From a virus: 64,000 nt of DNA. The stretch lies in IMG/VR virus record IMGVR_UViG_3300046028_008994. The stretch is one strand, 5' to 3'. The notes below the pieces were generated by a model that ran no database searches, was not told the DNA's origin, and worked only from the letters and a program-made list of their open reading frames with translations. The translations under genes were made by a program, and so were the position numbers. This document shows, piece after piece, positions 36,271-44,399 of the stretch. Each line of letters starts with the position of its first letter. The stretch's first letter is position 1.

Positions 36271-36837
36271 ATGAAAAATACGGTTTTAAAAAAAGAATTT
36301 AAGCAACGTGATGTAGAACGTCTTCGTAACCTTGTTCAAGGTAAATACGGGGATAGCACCACGATGGGGATAGGTTATGAAAAAGCAAAAGAATTCCATA
36401 GTGAGGGAGATGTGTGGGAAGAAGATAGTCGTACATGGACTATTAAGAATGGAATTAAACAAAATGTTACTAAATTAGATAAAGCAAAAGAAGGTATAAT
36501 TTTACCTTTATTTTGTCCTTGTTGTACTAAAGCATTAAAACCCCATTTAGACAAACAGTGGTATATAATGTATGGACATTGTTTTAATTGTCAGGTAAAT
36601 GCTGAGGCTGAATTACGTAAACAAGGTAAATTAGAAGAAGTCGAAAAACAAATAACAAATGATTATGTTGATGGAATGACTAATGATTTTGAAGTTTGGT
36701 TTGAAGAGTTAATAAATCAAAAAGACCAATTTATAACTGAGGCTGGTGATGTTGAAAAATGGGATGGTTCTGGTAAACAACAATTATTAAAAAATAAAGA
36801 AGAAGCACTTAAATATTTACACAGTTTGAAAAAATGA
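36271..36837 (+). CDS. Zinc-finger-containing hypothetical protein
   Basis: FCPCC...GHCFNC. Confidence 0.7.
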   Translation: MKNTVLKKEFKQRDVERLRNLVQGKYGDSTTMGIGYEKAKEFHSEGDVWEEDSRTWTIKNGIKQNVTKLDKAKEGIILPLFCPCCTKALKPHLDKQWYIMYGHCFNCQVNAEAELRKQGKLEEVEKQITNDYVDGMTNDFEVWFEELINQKDQFITEAGDVEKWDGSGKQQLLKNKEEALKYLHSLKK

Positions 36838-37445
36838 TAACTATGATTACTACTATAACCGTTGCATTAATAACAGCGGTAATTGGCCCTGCAGTACTAG
36901 AATGGATTAAACTTAAATTTAATAAACAATCTAACAAAGAATCCCTAATGAAAGAGGCAATTGATTTAAATGAATTGGTTGATCATCAGTTAGATGGTAT
37001 GATGGAAATTTTAGAATGTGATAGAATATGGATTGCCCAATTTCATAATGGAGGTCATTTTTATCCTACAGGAAAATCAATACAAAAATTTTCATTATTT
37101 TACGAAAAAGTATCTCCAAATACACAATCAATACAACACATATTCCAAAATATTCCAGTAAGTTTATTTCCAAAAGCATTAGCTAAATTATATAAAGATG
37201 GTGAATTAGGTATTTTAAATTATAATGAACATGAAAATTATGATTTACATTCATTTGCTTGTGATTATGGAACAAAATCATTTTATATGTTAGCAATCGA
37301 TGATTTAGACAGTCATTTTATTGGAGTAATAGGAATTGCATTTAATACAGAACATAAATTATCTAAAGAAGAATGGATATTTATACGTCAGAAAGTAGGA
37401 GCAATTGGTTCATTACTTACAGAATATTTAAATAAGAAAAGATAA
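36834..37445 (+). CDS. Single-TM protein with GAF-like domain; T4 holin T-like candidate
   Basis: N-terminal TM helix; DRIWIAQFHNG...KSFYMLAI......FIGVIGI. Confidence 0.5.
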   Translation: MITMITTITVALITAVIGPAVLEWIKLKFNKQSNKESLMKEAIDLNELVDHQLDGMMEILECDRIWIAQFHNGGHFYPTGKSIQKFSLFYEKVSPNTQSIQHIFQNIPVSLFPKALAKLYKDGELGILNYNEHENYDLHSFACDYGTKSFYMLAIDDLDSHFIGVIGIAFNTEHKLSKEEWIFIRQKVGAIGSLLTEYLNKKR

Positions 37446-37475
37446 TATAATATTTATAACAAAACACACAAAATA

Positions 37476-38192
37476 ATGGAAAAATTTGATTACAAAAAAT
37501 TCTTAACTGAAAATAAATTAACCAAGGCCTCAATATTAAGAGAAGGTTTTGGTGCTTATGAATATGAAGAAGGTAAAGCTGAAGGTAAAGCCGAAGAAAA
37601 ACAAAAAATGACCAAAGAAGAATTTAAGCAAAAAATCAAAGAAATGATTATTGCTGAGTTAGATGGTGCTGCAATAACAGAAGGACCAGATGATGAAGAT
37701 TATGAAAAAGCAGGTCGTGAAGTAGAATACGGTATTAATCCAAATGATGAAAAACTTGATTTCAAAGACTTCTTTAATGATGATGAAATGATGGATGATG
37801 AAATGATGGATGATGAAGAAGAATTATCATATGATATACCTGGTTTTGAAGGAACTAGAGATGCATTAAGTGCTCTTAAAATTAGAGAAGCTAAAAAAAA
37901 GAAAAAAGAAGATACTCCTGAAGAAGATATAAATCTTGATTTAGGTGAAGAAACACCAGAAGGTGAAGAAAATTTAGATATTAATTTTAGTGGAGATAAT
38001 GCAGAACCTACAGATAATTTCAATATTGATACAAGTGCTGTAGATCCTAATATTAAAGCTGTTCAAGATGCTTTAACACAAGCACAAGCCGCAGCTGAAA
38101 AAATTCAAGATGAAAAATTAACACAACAAATTGGTAATACAATTACAATGTTTACTCGTACTCACATTGCTAATAAAGAACCAATTCGTTAA
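37476..38192 (+). CDS. Acidic low-complexity protein, probable head-internal protein
   Basis: FDYKKFLTENK leader; multiple L/I-x-E sites. Confidence 0.65.
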   Translation: MEKFDYKKFLTENKLTKASILREGFGAYEYEEGKAEGKAEEKQKMTKEEFKQKIKEMIIAELDGAAITEGPDDEDYEKAGREVEYGINPNDEKLDFKDFFNDDEMMDDEMMDDEEELSYDIPGFEGTRDALSALKIREAKKKKKEDTPEEDINLDLGEETPEGEENLDINFSGDNAEPTDNFNIDTSAVDPNIKAVQDALTQAQAAAEKIQDEKLTQQIGNTITMFTRTHIANKEPIR

Positions 38193-38221
38193 TATAAAAT
38201 AAACAATAAAAAACAAACAAT

Positions 38222-38395
38222 ATGAACACAACAGAGTTATTAGAAAAAATCGAGTCATTATTAGTAGAATTAAAAGTGGAAAACGCTAAAACTACTAAAG
38301 CTGCTCATGGTCGCGCACGTAAAATTGCAGGTGAAGTTAAAGCTTTAGCTAACGACTATAGAAAAGCTTCAATTGCTGAAGACAAAGCAAATTAA
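38222..38395 (+). CDS. Histone H1-like Hc1-family protein (57 aa), not in ORF track
   Basis: KAAHGRARKIAGEVKALANDYRKAS matches the Hc1 pattern KAAxxRARKxxxExxxxxxxxRKxS. Confidence 0.7.
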   Translation: MNTTELLEKIESLLVELKVENAKTTKAAHGRARKIAGEVKALANDYRKASIAEDKAN

Positions 38396-39468
38396 TGAAC
38401 AAAACCCAACTTAAAACAGTAATTAGAGAGTTCTTATCTGAAGATAAGGGCTCTCCTGTTATTGATGATAAGTACAAAAACACATTTTTAAATAAACGCC
38501 AAGAATATATCAATGCGTTATTAAAAAATAAAAAGAATTTAGTAAAACGTTATGGTAAAGATGCTGAAAAAGTATTAGTAGGTAGAGCAATTAAAGACGC
38601 TAAAAAATATATAGAAGACATGAAACAACAAGACATAAAAGAATTAGTAAGAAAACAATTAACAGCTGAATCAGAGTCAATAAACTCTAAACAATACATC
38701 TCAGAAAGAGAAGAAAATCCAGAAGATAAAATTACTATGGATGTTCCTTTATTTATTCGTATGTTAGAATATGCTCGTGAAGATGCTAGTACTGATGTTG
38801 ATTTACACGATGTTGCTAAAAAAGCAATCGGTTTAAGTAGTGAAGATAAAACATTAACTATGGATGACTATGAAACTATTATTGGTGAAATGGAATCATT
38901 AAATGAAGATGATTGGAAACAAGCGGATGATGAGTCTGATATGGCTGATTCACAATTAAAATCAATTCAATCAAATGCTTCTAAATTAATGAATATGATT
39001 GATAACAATGAGCAATTAGATGCTTGGGTACAATCTAAATTAACTAAAGCACAAGATTATTTACAATCTGTTAGTGATTATTTAACAGGTGAAGAAGGTG
39101 AAGTTGAAGAACTTTACGAGAAAAAAGCAAAAAAAGATTATGATGGGGATAATAAAATAGAATCACCTGAAGAAGAATACAAAGGAGTAAAAGATAAAGC
39201 TATTAAAAACGCAAAAGGATTAGCAAAAACTATTGCTAAAAAATTAAAAGAATCTAGTTATAAAGCACCTTCAAATTCAAAAGAAGCTCAATATTTAAAA
39301 AAAGGAGACGTTATAGGTAGTGGAGAAACAGTAGTTTCTGTATCATCGGGTGCATATACTCCAGGTGGAAAAGTTGATGTTACATTAGAAAAAGGCGGTA
39401 AAACTAGAACAGCTGTTTGGGGTAAATCTACTAAAATAGGTGTTAAAAAACCAGAAGACATTAAATAA
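38395..39468 (+). CDS. Modular probable head-internal protein
   Basis: MNKTQLKTVIREFLSE leader; modules ITMDVPLFIRMLEYARE, LDAWVQSKLTKAQDYL and KDYDGDNKIES. Confidence 0.65.
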   Translation: MNKTQLKTVIREFLSEDKGSPVIDDKYKNTFLNKRQEYINALLKNKKNLVKRYGKDAEKVLVGRAIKDAKKYIEDMKQQDIKELVRKQLTAESESINSKQYISEREENPEDKITMDVPLFIRMLEYAREDASTDVDLHDVAKKAIGLSSEDKTLTMDDYETIIGEMESLNEDDWKQADDESDMADSQLKSIQSNASKLMNMIDNNEQLDAWVQSKLTKAQDYLQSVSDYLTGEEGEVEELYEKKAKKDYDGDNKIESPEEEYKGVKDKAIKNAKGLAKTIAKKLKESSYKAPSNSKEAQYLKKGDVIGSGETVVSVSSGAYTPGGKVDVTLEKGGKTRTAVWGKSTKIGVKKPEDIK

Positions 39469-39992
39469 TGACTAAGTCAGAATTAAGAGATAAAATAAAA
39501 ACATTAGCTAAACAAGCTCTAATACCTAAATCAGTTGATTTAGATAAAGGAAACGATGTGTCTCTTGATGCATTAAAATTTCCTGTTTTAGGTAAATTTC
39601 CTGATCTTAAAAAAGTAATTGTAAGTTTACTTACTAAACAGTATGAGGTTTTTATGACTGATATTCAATGGGTAGCACCTCGTCCTACTACTTTTCGTAT
39701 TATATTAGGAAATAAAGAAACATTTTATTTAATTTATACTGAAAGAAGTTGGATAGCTAAAGTTGAAGGTAAAAAATATTATTTATTAAATTTAAGTGAA
39801 GAAGAATCAGCAGCCGAATCAATATCTAGAATATTATCATACGGTGCTCCTAAAGAAGAAGAAGATCCAACTGGAAATTTCAAAGATGAAATCCCAGAAG
39901 TAAATCCAGAAGATTTTTCTATGCCTGATACAGAAACACCTGAAGAGGAAGTACCTGAAGAGGAAGCACCTGAAGAAGCACCAACAGCATAA
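39468..39992 (+). CDS. Hypothetical protein with acidic PEEE tail
   Basis: 174-aa coupled ORF. Confidence 0.65.
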   Translation: MTKSELRDKIKTLAKQALIPKSVDLDKGNDVSLDALKFPVLGKFPDLKKVIVSLLTKQYEVFMTDIQWVAPRPTTFRIILGNKETFYLIYTERSWIAKVEGKKYYLLNLSEEESAAESISRILSYGAPKEEEDPTGNFKDEIPEVNPEDFSMPDTETPEEEVPEEEAPEEAPTA

Positions 39993-40033
39993 CCTTTAGA
40001 TTTAAAATTCTTATTTTTAATAAAATAGAATAT

Positions 40034-40939
40034 ATGAAGAATATCTTCAAAAAAATAACAAATTATACTTATAATCTATTTTTTTATAAAAAAATATTTA
40101 ATTATTTGTTAAGAAAAAACATAAATACTAAAGAAAGTATTTACTTTTTACATTTATTAAATTCAATAAATAAAACAAAAGTATTTTATAATTTAATAAA
40201 ACAACCAGTATCTTTCGATATAACTAAAAATAATATATTTACACAAATCCCCGGTTTTATACCAGATGAATTAGAATATATTTTTGTGTCTATGAAAGAT
40301 TCAACTAAAGGTAATGTATCTTTAGGACCAGGTGAACTTTTTCTTATTATTTTCTTTGAAAATGTTACTCAAAATAGTATTAAAGGGGATTTATATATAA
40401 AAGAAATAGGAGAAGTAGAATTAAAATCAAGAACAGGAAATCATGGTTCTTTATTTGTATCCAAATATTATACTCGAGGTAGTTTTTCAACATCTGTAAA
40501 ACCTCACATCTCAACATTAATTAATAATCTTAGATTATCTACGGAACATACTTACCAATTAGAAAAATTTAATGTTAGTGGAGGACACAGTTGGTTAATT
40601 AAAATAAATAATATCTATAAACAATATTTAGAATATAGTGGGGATAAAGATTTATTTATACAAGAATTTAATAATGTTCTTAAAATAATGTATCCTACAT
40701 TTGGTATAAACATTACACCATTTATAACAGATACATTTAATTATGAAGCTTTTAATTTATATTTAACTCAATTATCATCTACTGAATATATCCAAACTTC
40801 TACTTTTAAAGGAATAATATTCGCTAACTATATAGGACATTTTAAATTTTTTAAAAATGAAGATTTTGTAGAAGCAATAAATAAACAAGAAATAAAAATT
40901 TCATATCCTTCTGATTTATTTCCTAGATTAAAAATATAA
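40034..40939 (+). CDS. Restriction-endonuclease-like (PD-(D/E)XK) protein, tentative
   Basis: GPGELFL...KGDLYI....EVELKS; very AT-rich. Confidence 0.45.
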   Translation: MKNIFKKITNYTYNLFFYKKIFNYLLRKNINTKESIYFLHLLNSINKTKVFYNLIKQPVSFDITKNNIFTQIPGFIPDELEYIFVSMKDSTKGNVSLGPGELFLIIFFENVTQNSIKGDLYIKEIGEVELKSRTGNHGSLFVSKYYTRGSFSTSVKPHISTLINNLRLSTEHTYQLEKFNVSGGHSWLIKINNIYKQYLEYSGDKDLFIQEFNNVLKIMYPTFGINITPFITDTFNYEAFNLYLTQLSSTEYIQTSTFKGIIFANYIGHFKFFKNEDFVEAINKQEIKISYPSDLFPRLKI

Positions 40940-40950
40940 TATTTATAATC

Positions 40951-41595
40951 ATGCATAATTTAAAAGAATTAATAAGAAAAGTGCTATCAGAGACCTCTAA
41001 AAAACCAGATTGTGGTTGTGGTTGTAAGGGTACTGCTAAGTGTTTTGATGCACCTATATTAAATGAAAGTTTAAAAGCGCGTATTGTTATGACTGAAAAT
41101 ATGCAATACCATATAGACGCTAAAACACCGCTATTTGAAACAACTTTACCATACGGTTCAAAAGAATATTTAAATTTATGGGCTGAAGCAAGATACTTAT
41201 ATTCTCGTGGTGCTTTAAATGTTGAAGGTATTGATAAAGAAAAAATTACTGAAACTAACTTGGGTGAATATGGAATATATGAAGGTAAAAAAGTACCTTT
41301 AGACTTACCAATGCCTGATAATGATATATTAACCGAGGCAGAATACCAAGGTCGTAAAGTAACTTTAGGTAAACCAATGCAGGGTGATGTTAAGAAATTC
41401 AAAGTATATGTTAAAAATGATAAAGGTAATGTAGTAAAAGTTAACTTTGGATTTGGTGGTAAATCAGCTAAAGGTAAAAGAATGGTAATTAAGGATAAAA
41501 ATCCTAAAAGACGTGCAGCCTTTAGAGCAAGACACAATTGCAAAAACCCAGGTCCAAGATGGAAAGCTCGTTACTGGTCTTGTAAAAAATGGTAA
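40951..41595 (+). CDS. Modular protein with basic C-terminal domain
   Basis: LTE|AEYQGRKV...VVKVNFG...RRAAFRARHNC...ARYWSC. Confidence 0.7.
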   Translation: MHNLKELIRKVLSETSKKPDCGCGCKGTAKCFDAPILNESLKARIVMTENMQYHIDAKTPLFETTLPYGSKEYLNLWAEARYLYSRGALNVEGIDKEKITETNLGEYGIYEGKKVPLDLPMPDNDILTEAEYQGRKVTLGKPMQGDVKKFKVYVKNDKGNVVKVNFGFGGKSAKGKRMVIKDKNPKRRAAFRARHNCKNPGPRWKARYWSCKKW

Positions 41596-41596
41596 T

Positions 41597-42070
41597 ATGA
41601 ATACATCTGAATTACAACAACTTATTAGAGAAATACTTTCTGAAAAAAAAGTAAAACGAGACAGATGTCTTCGTATTGCTGATCGTAAGTTTGATAAACC
41701 ATCAGCTTACAAATCAGGAGCTGTTGTAAGATGTCGCGCTGGAAAAATTTGGAAAGATATAAAAGAAACAGACGATCCTCAATCAGGTAAAGCAGCACCA
41801 TATGGATCAGGATATGCTAAGGTTGAAGAAGAATTAATTCTTGAAAAAGTAAAAGAAACACTTAGAACTTGGTTTTCTCGTAAAGGTGCTCCTGGTAAAA
41901 CAGGTGGGTGGGTTGATTGTAATGCTCCAATTAGAAAAGATGGTAAAATAACTGGTTACAAACCTTGTGGAAGACAAAAAGGCGAAAAACGAGCATATCC
42001 AGCTTGCAGACCAACTCCAGCAGGATGTAAAGCAAAAGGTAAAGGTACTAAATGGGGTAAAACAAAATGA
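41597..42070 (+). CDS. Modular basic Cys-containing protein
   Basis: Start moved to ATG 41597 (MNTSELQQLIREILSE); PSAYKSGAVVRCR; LRTWF..GGWVDC..PCGR..YPACRP. Confidence 0.7.
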   Translation: MNTSELQQLIREILSEKKVKRDRCLRIADRKFDKPSAYKSGAVVRCRAGKIWKDIKETDDPQSGKAAPYGSGYAKVEEELILEKVKETLRTWFSRKGAPGKTGGWVDCNAPIRKDGKITGYKPCGRQKGEKRAYPACRPTPAGCKAKGKGTKWGKTK

Positions 42071-43089
42071 TAAAACTATTAGATATATTAAATGAGGTTT
42101 TATCTGAAAATGATCCTAAAAAAGGAACAGGTAAAAAACCTAAAGGATCAGGTCGTCGTTTATACACAGATGAAAATCCAAAAGATACTGTATCTATTAA
42201 ATTTAAAACTAAAGAAGATATAGTTGATACATTAAATAAAGATTCATTTAAATCTAAACCACATGCTCGTCAATCACAAATTATTAATTTAATTCATCAA
42301 CGAGTAAGAGCAGCATATGGTAAAGCAAAAGATCCTGAAGTAAAATCTAGATTAAAACGTGCTTTAGATTATATTGAAAAACGTAAAGAATCATCTAAAG
42401 CTAAAACACAACGTTTAAATAAAGTAAAAGAAACAGCAGACCCACAATCAGGTAAAGCAGCACCATATGGTTCTGGTTATGCTCCTGTTAAAAATAAAAA
42501 TATAAATGAGTTAAGACAAGGTCTTTTAGATTATTTAAAACAACAACTTCCAAATTTCCCTGATTATGTTATAAAGGATTGGATTTATAAAATGATTAAA
42601 AAAGATGATAATATCAACACAGCCGAAGGTATTCAGGATTGGATTGATAGTCAACTTAAAGATTTAAAATGGGAGACTAAGACAAACTTTCCTATAACAA
42701 TGGATATTTTTGGTAATAAAACTCAACAAGAATTAAAATCAAGAATTGGAGGGGAAATTAGACAAGATGTAGGTAAGGATATTGAAAGACACAATACACA
42801 ACAAAAATTATTAAAAAGTCAAGGAATATCTAAAGAACCTATTATTATATTTAAAACTAAAGATGGTAAATATGAATTAGGAGAAGGCTGGCATAGAACT
42901 ACACAAGCATTTAAAATGTATCCTGAAGGTTTTATTCAACCTAATGTTTATATTGGTTTAAATGCTAAATGGTTAAATGAAATGTTAGAAGAAGATATAC
43001 TTACTGAAAAATGTTGGAAAGGATATACTCAAAAAGGTATGAAAACAATGTTTGGTAAAAAATATCCAAATTGTGTAAAAATAAAATGA
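42067..43089 (+). CDS. Modular protein including a ParB-like segment and a CWKGY...PNCV tail
   Basis: MIKLLDILNE leader; GRRLYTDENP; EPII.....KYELGEGWHR; KCWKGY. Confidence 0.7.
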   Translation: MIKLLDILNEVLSENDPKKGTGKKPKGSGRRLYTDENPKDTVSIKFKTKEDIVDTLNKDSFKSKPHARQSQIINLIHQRVRAAYGKAKDPEVKSRLKRALDYIEKRKESSKAKTQRLNKVKETADPQSGKAAPYGSGYAPVKNKNINELRQGLLDYLKQQLPNFPDYVIKDWIYKMIKKDDNINTAEGIQDWIDSQLKDLKWETKTNFPITMDIFGNKTQQELKSRIGGEIRQDVGKDIERHNTQQKLLKSQGISKEPIIIFKTKDGKYELGEGWHRTTQAFKMYPEGFIQPNVYIGLNAKWLNEMLEEDILTEKCWKGYTQKGMKTMFGKKYPNCVKIK

Positions 43090-43412
43090 TAAAATTATTA
43101 GATATATTAAAAGAAGCTAAAAAACTTAAAGAAACTTTTGAGGAATTTGCTAAAAAACGTGGTGAAGGTGCTGCTAAAATAGCTTCAAATGCTGAAGAAA
43201 AAGGTGGTTTAGCATTATTAACTTGGCACCACTTTAAAGTTAAAGCTCCTTATTATAAAAAAGCAACTAACGGTAAATTTGATAAAGAAGTTGCTACAAA
43301 AGAATTTGAACAAACACTTAAAAAAATATCTTTAAACATGACACCAATTGAATTTCAAAGAGAAGTTGGTCGTTTAGAGGTATTAGGTGAATTACTAATA
43401 AGAGAAAAATAA
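43086..43412 (+). CDS. Hypothetical protein with MIKLLDILKE leader
   Basis: Start moved to ATG 43086. Confidence 0.65.
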   Translation: MIKLLDILKEAKKLKETFEEFAKKRGEGAAKIASNAEEKGGLALLTWHHFKVKAPYYKKATNGKFDKEVATKEFEQTLKKISLNMTPIEFQREVGRLEVLGELLIREK

Positions 43413-44029
43413 TGTTAAATGAAAATATTCCTTATTTTAAATGTTTAATAAGACGCTCTCATTATACTCATAATTCTAAAGATAATAACATTTTTGATAA
43501 TGCCTATGTTTTTGGAATACAATCTATTACAGGTAAAATACTAACCTTTCATATTATGACAGATTTTGGAATGGTAAGAAGTAGAGTCCCCATTTCAGAA
43601 CTTTTTATAAAAGAACCAACTAAAGATATTCCTTTCTATTATAAACAATTATGGGATTGTTTTAGTGAAAATGTATCTGTTACAAAATATTCATTTTTAC
43701 TAGAAAAAAGATGCCAGGTTATTTTAAGAAATAAAACTAAAGTTTGGGCTACTTATTTATTTACTGTAGATTGGTACGATAATCCATATTCTGACGAACC
43801 TACTGATTATAAAGCAGGTCATGTTTTAGTAGCAGATGGTGGTTATCTTTTATGTATGCCTAATAATAGAATTTATTGGAGAGATTCAAATTGGGTTACA
43901 TCTGAATTTCCATTAAATGTTAAAGACATAAAAGTAGATAAATATTTACTCTCAGTAGAATCAGTAGCAGATAAATGGATAACTGAAGACACAGATTCTT
44001 ATTATTACGATATAAATGAAACTGTATAA
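43412..44029 (+). CDS. Conserved phage hypothetical protein
   Basis: LNENIP, QLWDCFS, YLFTVDW and PNNRI motifs. Confidence 0.7.
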   Translation: MLNENIPYFKCLIRRSHYTHNSKDNNIFDNAYVFGIQSITGKILTFHIMTDFGMVRSRVPISELFIKEPTKDIPFYYKQLWDCFSENVSVTKYSFLLEKRCQVILRNKTKVWATYLFTVDWYDNPYSDEPTDYKAGHVLVADGGYLLCMPNNRIYWRDSNWVTSEFPLNVKDIKVDKYLLSVESVADKWITEDTDSYYYDINETV

Positions 44030-44067
44030 AAAAGATAATAATCAAAATTTTTGTAATATTTATAAGC

Positions 44068-44394
44068 ATGATCAAGTTTATAGACATCATTCGTGAATCA
44101 ACAAATCCTAACATATATTTAGTATATTGTAGAATTGTTGTTAACAGTGATGCAAGACCCATGCAAGAAATATTATCGGATATTAGAGCTATTCCTGGTG
44201 TTACTATTGTAGATATAGTAGATGCTGATGATGAAACACACGGTATAAGACACGTTGTTGATCTTAGCTTAAAAATTGATCCATCTCCATTTGAACCATT
44301 TGATGGAAAATCTTATTCAAAAATATTAGCAGGTATCAAAAGAATACCATCTATATACACAGCCAAATTTACATCAACTCCAACAACAGTATAA
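44068..44394 (+). CDS. Hypothetical protein with MIKFIDIIRE leader
   Basis: Late motif at 44057; DIRAIPGVTIV. Confidence 0.65.
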   Translation: MIKFIDIIRESTNPNIYLVYCRIVVNSDARPMQEILSDIRAIPGVTIVDIVDADDETHGIRHVVDLSLKIDPSPFEPFDGKSYSKILAGIKRIPSIYTAKFTSTPTTV

Positions 44395-44399
44395 TAAAA

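Noticed and set aside
37778-39980. Short tandem repeats (DDEMM x2, PEEE x3)
   Set aside because: In-frame low-complexity expansions in acidic proteins.
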